Shown piece by piece: positions 46,501 to 55,500 of a stretch of 60,053 bases of DNA; positions within the stretch are counted from its first letter, which is position 1; each line of letters starts with the position of its first letter. The notes below the pieces were generated by a model. It was not told the DNA's origin, did no database searches, and worked only from the letters and a program-made list of their open reading frames with translations. Source of the stretch: Candidatus Micrarchaeota archaeon (lineage in GTDB: Archaea; Micrarchaeota; Micrarchaeia; Anstonellales; Bilamarchaeaceae). The stretch is from positions 1 through 60,053 of the forward strand of contig JBFMEZ010000021.1 of NCBI GenBank assembly GCA_040753215.1. The letters run 5' to 3'. Position numbers and translations under genes: made by a program.

Positions 46501-49500
46501 TAGCGGTACGGGGCGCCCTCGGAGGAGAAGTTCATCAGGGTGTCGTTCGCGGTGGATTCGGCAACATACGCCGCATCAAGGTATCTGGAGATGTAGTTCA
46601 TGGTGTTGTACCCCAGGAAGCCGCTGCTCACCTTGGAGTAGTTCCTGCCCATCTTCAGGAAATGCCAGTCCCCGGATGAGGTGTTGTCGCCCACCGCAAC
46701 CAGCGAGTCCGTGGAATCCACCAGCATGCCCCTTATTGTGTCCGTGCCGGAAGTGAGGTTGATTGTCACGTTGCTGAGCTGGTCGCCGTCGGAATTCAGC
46801 AGGAGGAAGCCGAACTTCGTGTCTATGGAGCCGGCTGCTATGTACCTGTTCCTCGCATCTACTGAGATGTCCCCGGGCCTTTCGTCAGAGCCGCCGAAGG
46901 CGTAGTTCTTCACCCACTGCTGCGTGCCGTCCGGCGAGAGCTTCATCACCCTCCAGATGTAGGCGGTGCCGGAACCAAAAGAGTAGCCAGAATACCCAAG
47001 TACGATATAGTTGCCTTCGAGGTCAACCGTAACCGCAACAGCGGATTCGGTAGCGTAGCCGAAATCATATGTCGCATTCCAGAGCTGCGTGCCTGAGGAG
47101 TTGAATTTGTACAGCACCCAGTCGTTGTTTCCTGTGCTGGTCTCTTCGACTCCTACCGCGATATAATCATTCAGCCCGTCCACCGCAACGTCGTAAAGCA
47201 CGGAAACGTTGCTGGAGGAGCCGTTGAAGTCCCATACGATGGAGGCGGAGGAGGTGGTCTTGGCCAAGTACGCATGCCACAGCGTGGGGGCGAAGGTCTG
47301 GTATGTGCCTGCCACCACGTAATAATTGTAGGCGTCCACCGCGGCCGCCCTCAGCTCGTTCTGGCCGTTGGCGTTCTTCCACGTATAGGTGTTCAGGAGC
47401 GTGAAGGGCGACGCGTAGAATTTCCTGAGCCCGAACTCCGAGGTTGCGGGGAGGCCCGGGTCGAGCACCTCGCCTACGACCACGTATGCGTTGCTGTTGT
47501 CCACCGCAACGTCGTACGCCTCCTCGCTGCTGCCCGCGCCGCCGCCGAGGGAGCCGGTCCAGTTGTCGAGGTGCGCGCCCTCCTGGCCGTACTGGAAAAC
47601 CGCCCATTCCGTGGTGGTGGAGGTGGAGTTGTACATGGAGCCCACGATGACGTAGTTGTTCACCCTGTCCGCGGCCACCGCGTACGCGGAGTCGGTGCCG
47701 CTGTTGCTTATGTTCCTGCTCCAGTTGGCCTGGATTTCCGCCTTGGAGGCGTGGATTTTGAACGCCTGCCCGAAGCCGTTCAGGGTGCAGTTGCGCACGA
47801 TGGTGCTGTTTGTGGGGATGTGGAACGCGCCGGCGAGGCGGTTCCCGGTTATGTTGGAGCCGTTGCAGTCAAGGAACAGGTTGTCGGACGCGAAGCGGAA
47901 GAGGTTCATGGTGCTGTTGATGTAATAGTCGCCCGGGCAGAGCGTAACGTTGCTTATTATCTCGTACTGGCCGTAGTAATCCGTGATGTAGGGGCTGTAC
48001 GCGCCCGCCTCGCTGAGGTTTATGCAGCCGGTGAAATTGTTCCCTGAGGTGTAGCCGGAGAAGCCTGTGACGCCGAATTTGAGCGTGGCCGGGGAGCCGG
48101 GGGTGCAGCTCCTGGAGCCGGGGACCGGCGTGTAGATGGTGCCGTTTAGCTGTATGTCCCCGCGTGAGTCCGGGAAGCCGGCCTTCCTGTAAATCATGTA
48201 CAGGCAGCTCTCGCTATAGACCGTGATTTTTGCGGACTTGTTGGCCTGCGGGGCCGCGGAATCGTTCAGGGAGACCCAGTACTCGTAGAGTATCACGGTG
48301 GTTGCGTTCTTCAGCTGCAGGTCAGTGATGTTGAGGAAGGAGAAGTTTATCACGCCGGCATTCTGCTTCTTGCCTATCGCGAGGTAGGTGAAGTTGTTCG
48401 GCGCGGTGGCTGTTGCCTCCTGCCGCAGGAAATCGGTCTGGCTGTACACGAGCGTATTTGTGAAATAATTCGATGCTGCGGTGCTGGTGAGGTAAAACCC
48501 GAATTCGGTGTTGTCGTGCGCGGTGTTACCGGTGCCGGTGCTGATGTTCGTGTCGTTGATTACGAAGCCGCGGAAATTGTAGTATGCGTTGTTGCCGTCC
48601 AGGTCGTTCTGGTGGGCGAGGTAGAGGTGGAAGCCGTAAGAGTTGTTGTACGCGGTGTTGTTGGCGAGGGAGTTGTTGCGGGAGCCTAAAATGTAGAAGC
48701 CGGACTGGGAATTGTTGTAGGCGGAATTGTTGGTGAGGGAGTTGTTGTATGCGGTGGACACGAGGTAGAAGCCGCCCAGATTGTTCCCGTACGCGGAGTT
48801 GTTGGTGAGGTTGTTGAAGGGGTTCAGGAGCCGGAAGCCGTATCCTGAATTGTTGTATGCGGAGTTGTTGAGGAGGTAATTGTACTGCGAGAATATGTAG
48901 AAGCCGCCATCGGTATTGTTGTAGGCGGTGTTATGGGACATGTTGTTGCCGTCCACATAGTAAGAGGAGATGCCGAACCTGGCGTTCCTGTAGGCGCGGC
49001 TGGATGAGATGGTTGCGTAACCGGAATTGAACAGCTGGAAGCCGTCGTTCAGGTTCTCGTACGCGGAGTTGTTTGTCATGGTTGCGGCATCGGAGTAATA
49101 GAGCTGGAAGCCGTTGTCCGAGTTGTTGTATGCGATGTTGTTTGCAATGGTGGTGCCGTTGGAATAGTTTATCTCGAAGCCGAGCGGCGAGTTGTTGTAG
49201 GCTGTGTTGCCCAGCAGGCTTGTCCCGTTGCTGTGGCGCAGCGCGATGCCGCTGTACGAGCTGTTGTATGCGGTGTTGCCGCTGAGCGTGAGGTTCATCG
49301 AATAGTCCAGGCGGAAGCCGAAGCTGTTGTTGTATGCGGTGTTGTTGGTGAGGTTGGTGCGGTGCGAGGAGGAATAAACATAGAACCCTTCGTAGGTGTT
49401 ATGGTGCGCGGTGTTGTTCGTGAACACATTGTCCGGGGAGTTGCTGCTCAGGAAGCCGTAGGTGTCGTTGTACGCGACGTTGTCCCTGAATATGGTGAAA

Positions 49501-52500
49501 TTCACAGGGTTGATGTCGAACCCGTATGTGGTGTTGAAGGCGGTGTTGTTCGTCACGTTGCTCAGGTCCACGCCGTATAATTTGAAGCCGCGGACGCCCC
49601 TGCTCGCGGTGTTGTTTATGATGCTGTTGTAGCCAGTGCGGATGATCGCATACACGTAGAAGTTGCTTGCCGAGTTGTTCATGGCGGTGTTGTTCGCTAT
49701 GGTGTTGTAAACCGCATTCTGGAAGAAGAACCCGTATTCCTGGTTGTCCGTGGCGTTGTTGCCAATCAGCGAGCTGAAGTTGGAATTGAACACGTAGAAG
49801 CCCTCCTGCGTGTTGTTGTATGCGTAGTTGCCGCGCAGGGTGGTGTAGTTGGCAGACCTGTTTACGTAGAAGCCGAAGGTGTTGTTCCAGGCGGTGTTGC
49901 CGGTGAGGTTGTTGTAGTTGGAATACACGTCCACGAGGAAGCCGGTGCCGCTGTTCGAGGCGGAGTAGGCGGTGTTGTTTATGAGCTGGTTCTGGTCCGA
50001 GGCGGAATAAACGTAGAAGCCCACATATACGTTGTCGTATGCGGAGTTGTTCAGGAGGATATTGTAGCCGGAGGAGGAGAAGAGCCAGCCGTAGCCGGAG
50101 TTGTTGAAGGCGACGCTCCTTGTGAAATTGTTGTAATTGGAGCCGGCATAGAGGGCGAAGCCGGCATTGGTGTTGTTGTAGGAGGTTGCGTTGGTGAAGG
50201 TGTTGTAATTCGCGGATGACATATACATTCCGTTCAGGGTGTTGTTGTGCAGGGTTACGTTTATGAAATCGCTGTCGTTGGCCTGGTATACGTAAATCCC
50301 GTAATCATACTGGGAGATGCTCGGGCAGTTGGTTATGTTCACGCGGGCCACGGTGCTGTTCAGGAATATCCCGTACACGTTTCCGGCGGTGCCGTTGTTC
50401 GTGATGCTGTATCCCGCGCAGCTCAGCGAGACGTCCGAGGAGTAAATCCATATGCATGCCGAGCCGAAGCTGGGAATGCTCACCGGCGCGCCTTCCAGGT
50501 TGGCGCTCAGGCGGTAGCTGCCCGGGGAGCCTATCGCGGTGCAGTTGTCGAAGGGCGTGGCGTAGAAGCTCGCGGCATAGCCCGAGAAGGAGGAGACGTT
50601 GAAGGTCGCTACCCCGGCTGAGCAGGATTTGGAGGTGGGGTACTCGGTGCCGTTTGCAAGAATGTCGTTGAGGGAGACGGGAAATCCGGCCTTTTTCCGC
50701 ACCGGCGCGCTGCAGTCGTCCGTGTAGATGGTTATGTTCGCGGAGCGGTTCGCCTGCACAGCGGCGGAGTCGTTGAGCGAAACCCAGTAGTCGCGGAGTA
50801 TCACCGTGCCGGAGCCGGGGGACGCCTCGTTCGTCCAGAGGTTTATGTCGGTGACGTTCAGGAGCGGGTAATTGACGAGCCCTATGGATGAATTGTAGCC
50901 CAGGGTGAGGTTCGTGAAATTGTTCTGTGCAGATGCGGCCGCCTCCTGGAAGATGTAGTAGCTCTGGTTGCGTACGACGCTGTTGTTGAAGACGTTGCGG
51001 CCGGCGGTGTTTTTCATGTATACTCCATACTGCGTGTTCATGTAGATGGAGATTCCGGTGAGGTTGTTGGAATTGCTGTTCTCGAGGAAGACGCCGTAGG
51101 CGGAGTTGTTGTATGCGCTGAGGTTTATGGCGGTGCTGTTGCCTGCGGAATCGAACGTGAAGCCGGACTGGGAGTTGTTGTACGCCGAGCTGTTGGCCAG
51201 GAGGGTGTAGTTGGAGAGGTAGACGCGGAAGCCGCTGAGCGCGTTGATGTATGCGGCGTTGCCGGTCAGGTTGTTCCTTTTCGAGCTGTCCACATTGAAG
51301 CCGTAGAAGGAGTTGTTGAAGGCGGAGTTGTTGGCGACTGTGCTGTTCTCCGTGATGTAGAGCTTGAAGCCGGACTGGGAGTTGTTGTAGGCGGAGTTGT
51401 TGGCGAATGTTATGAGTGAGGTCTCGCCCGTGTAGAAGCCGTCATACGAATTGCGGTATGCGGTGTTGTTCGTGAAAAGGTTGTTGGTGGAGTCCGGGTA
51501 TAGCACGCGGAAGCCGTACTGGGAGTTGTTGTATGCGGTGTTGCCCGTGAGGTTGTTGTAGGATGCGTTCTCCTCAAGGGCGAAGCCGATGCCGGACGTG
51601 TTGTATGCGGTGTTGCCGGAAAGCGTGCCCTGCCACGACCATCCGATGAGCAGGAAGCCGCCGCTCGCGTTCCTCGCCGTGTTGCCGGCAAGGGTGGTGT
51701 AGTTGGAGCTGTATACGTAGAAGCCGTAGGAGCTGGCCGAAAGCGCGTCGTATGCGGTGTTGTTGGTTAGGGTGTTCCTGCTCGCCTGGTATATGTAGAA
51801 GGGCTGCAGGGAGATGTTGTATGCGCTGTTGTTGAGGAGCGTGTTGTTCTCCGCGGCGTAGGTGAGCATGAAGCCCCTGCGCACGTCGTATGCGGAGTTG
51901 TTCGTGAGGTTGTTGGAGCTGGAGGCATCCGCCCAGAAGCCGGAGGCAACCGTGCTGCCCACCGAATCGGTCGCGGAGTTGTTCAGGAGCGTGTTGTATG
52001 TTGAGGCGGCGCCCAGGTAGAAGCCCACCGTGTTGTTGTACGCGTTGCTATTCGTTATCCTGTTGCCGCTGGAAGAAGATGAGATGTTGAAGCCGGCTGA
52101 GTTGTTGTACGCGGTATTGCTGGTGAGGTTGTTCTGCGCCGCGGAGAAGTACAGCAGGAAGCCGTTCCAGGTGTTGTTGTAGGAAAGGCTGCCGGAGATT
52201 GTGTTGTTGCCTGATGAGGCTATGCGGAAGCCCGCCTGGGTGTTGTTGTATGCGTAGTTGCCGGTGAGGCTGTTGTAGTTTGAATTTGTGGCGAGGTCGA
52301 AGCCGGACAGCGTATTGTTGTAGGCCCTGTTTCCGGAAAACGTGCCGTTCTGCGAGGTGCTGGTGGAGATGCCGTAGCCGCCGTTGCTGTACAGCGTGTT
52401 GTTCGTGAAGACGCCGCCGTGGGCGGAGTTGTGGTAGATGCCCGCCTCAATGTTGTTGTATGCGGTGTTGTTGAGGAAGGTGTTGTTGTTCGAGGCGGAA

Positions 52501-55500
52501 TCCGCCGTCATGCCGGCCATGGAATTGCTGTAAAAGGCGTTGTGGGCAAAACGGCCGTAGCGGGAGCTGTTCGTTGCGTACAGGCCAACCTCGTAGTTCC
52601 TGGCCGTGCAGTTCTCCACAGTGTCGTTCTCCTTATAGTTCAGGTAGATGCCGTAGCCGTCATCGTCCACCCCGTCAATCACCGCGCCGTCGCAGTTGAG
52701 CCATATGTTGGAGCGGTTCATGTACAGGGCCGCGTCCCCGTATGCGACGTTCACGCTGTAGGTGCCGGTGCAGATGGTCGCGTTGCTGTTTATGTAGAAG
52801 GTGCCGGAGACGTTCACCACCCTGCCGTCATAGGTCGTGGGGTCCGAGAGGTTCACGCACGGGGGCTGCAGTATCCCGTATGTGGAGCCGGGGCTGAAGC
52901 TGCCGATGGATAGGATGTTGTTCGTTGTGTCCGGGCTGCCGTTCTGCAGCGCCCATCCCGAGGCGTTGTACTTCCAGAGCTGGAACCTGCCCTCCTGGTA
53001 GCCGGAGAGCTCGGAGTCCAGCCAGGTGAAGTTCGCCTGGTCTATGGACGGGGTGCCGGTCGCGGTGGTTATGTTTATGAATTTCTGCGCGAAGGAGCGG
53101 GATGCGTCCGGGGGCAGCGCGGAGTTGTTTGAGACCCATTTTACGGAGTATGCGAAATTTCCGTTTACGGACTGTATGAGGTCTATGGCCGTGTAATTCG
53201 TGAAGTTGGCAGCCGGGCTGTCTATCGTCAGGTTCTTGAAGAATACCTTCAGCGCGGGCGCTGCGCCGTTCACGGCTATGTAAAGCTCCGCGACGGTGTT
53301 GTTGAAGGCGTGCATGTTGGTGGCGTTTATGCTCGCGCCGCCGCTTGTGAAATGGAATCCGTACTGGGAGTTGTTGTAGGCGCTACCGTTTATCACGCTG
53401 TTGTCGTAGCCACTGTCCGCGTAGAAGCCGCGGGAGTTCCCGTATGAGGTCGCATTCACGAGGCTGTTGTTTGAGGCGGACCCGCTGGAGAAGTAGAAGC
53501 CGTAGTTTGTGTTGTTGTACGCAACTACGTTTGTGTAGTTGTTGCGGGAAGAGGACCCTATCCTGAAGCCGGAAGATGCCCTGGACATCGTGGAATTTGC
53601 GATGACGTTGTTCGAGGCGAAATTGTCCACCCAGATGCCGGAGCCGGTGCAGAGCTCCCCGGTGATGTTGGTTATGTTGTTGCTCCCGTACTGGAGCAGG
53701 TAGCAGTCGGACGTGCAGTTGAAGGCGTAGTTATCCCTTATCGTGGAACTGACCGTGTTGAGGACGTAGCACCGGCTTCCACCTATGCTGATGTTGTTGC
53801 CCGTGATCGTCTCCCCGGAATACGAACCGCCCATGCTTAAGCCGGTGTTGGTGGTATTGGTTATGGTATTGTTTATTATCTGCGCATTGGCTGCGATTAT
53901 GTATATCCCGACTTCGTTGCAGTTCGCACCGGTGTTGTTTATCAGCGAAACTGTCGTCCCGCCCGCGGTGTAGCACCTGCCCGTCCTGTTTGCGATGTTG
54001 TTCCTGGCGATTGTGTTCGTTCCATAGACATCGATGGCGTTGCGGTTGCTTCCTGATGCCGAGGAGACGTAGTTGCCGGTGATGTTGGTGTTCGTGCTTA
54101 AGCTGCCGGCCGTAATCCCGTAGCCGCCTGCGGCAAGGATGTAGATTGTGTTGTTTTCCACGATGTTGTAATCCGCGCCGTTGAATATGTAGAAGCCCAT
54201 CTGACCGTTCCAGTAGACGGAGTTGCTGGTGAAATTGTTGTAGTCCGAGTCCACCACATAGAAGCCGTACCCGGAGGCTGTGCTGGTGGAGTTGCTCAGG
54301 TTGTTCCGCGTGAAGAGGTTCCAGCGGGAGTTGGAGACATAGAAGCCGTAGAACGTATTCAGGTATGCGGTGTTGTTCGTGAATGTGGAGTTCTCCACGT
54401 AATCAAGGTAGAAGCCGTACTGGGTGTCGTTCCAGCCGCGGTTGCTGGAGACGTTGTAGCGGTTGAGGCGGGCGCCGCTGGTCCCCACGAGCGCGAATTC
54501 GCGCTGCGAGTTGTTGTAGGCGAAGTTGTTCGCGATGGTGTTGTTGCTGGAGGAGTAGAAGAACGCCACCCCGTACCTCTTGTTCAGGTAGGCGGTGTTG
54601 TCCATGAACACCATGTCCGAAGGCGAGGACAGGGCGAAGCCGTCGCTGTTCGTGCCGTTGTTGTCCCAGGCGGTGTTGTTGTGGACCCTGTGGCCCGAGC
54701 CGGAGAAGATGTAGAAGCCGTAGTTGGAGTTGCGGGTCGCGTTGTTGTAGATTAGCTCCATGCTGTTGGAGCTTTCAAAGTCGAAGCCGTTGTTGGAGTT
54801 GTTGTGGGCGAGGTTGTATGAAAGGTACGGGGAGGTCGTTGAATCCGCGTAGAAGCCGTAGGTGCCGCGGTAGGCGGTGTTGCCGGTGAGGTTGCTGTAG
54901 TTCGAGCTGTACAGGTAAAAGCCCCTCTGGACGTTGAAGCCGGCAGTATTGTTCCTGAGGATTGTGGACGGGCTGTTCTGCATGTAGAAGCCGTGCTGGG
55001 AATTGTTGAGGGCGATGTTGTTTGCGAGGGTGTCGTTGGAGCTGAGGTTGATGTAGAAGCCGTACGTGTTGTTGAAGGCATAGTTGTTGTAGAAGCGGTT
55101 GTAGCCGCTGGTGTAGTCCACCGAAAACCCGTAGGTGTAGTTGCTCACCCTGCAGTTGATTACTGTCACGTTCTGGATTGTATCGGTCTTTACAAGGACG
55201 CCGTAGGCGGTGGCCGTGATGTTGCCGGTCACGTTGTATCCGGCGCAGTCGAAGTTGACGTTGGAAGACGCTATGCCTATGCAGAAGCTGTATCCGCTGT
55301 ATGAGGTGTTGCCCTGGACGTTGTTCGCCAGGCGGTAGCTTCCCGGGGAAGTTATCAGCTGGCAGGAGGCCACGTCCCCGCTCGTTACCTGGAAGGCGAC
55401 GTCGTCCCTGTCATCGTATCCGCTCGTGGTGCAGTTGCTCGTGTTGGCCCCCCCCAACCTGAAGTTGCCCCTGACCGCGTGCTGGCCGGCCACGTTGTCC

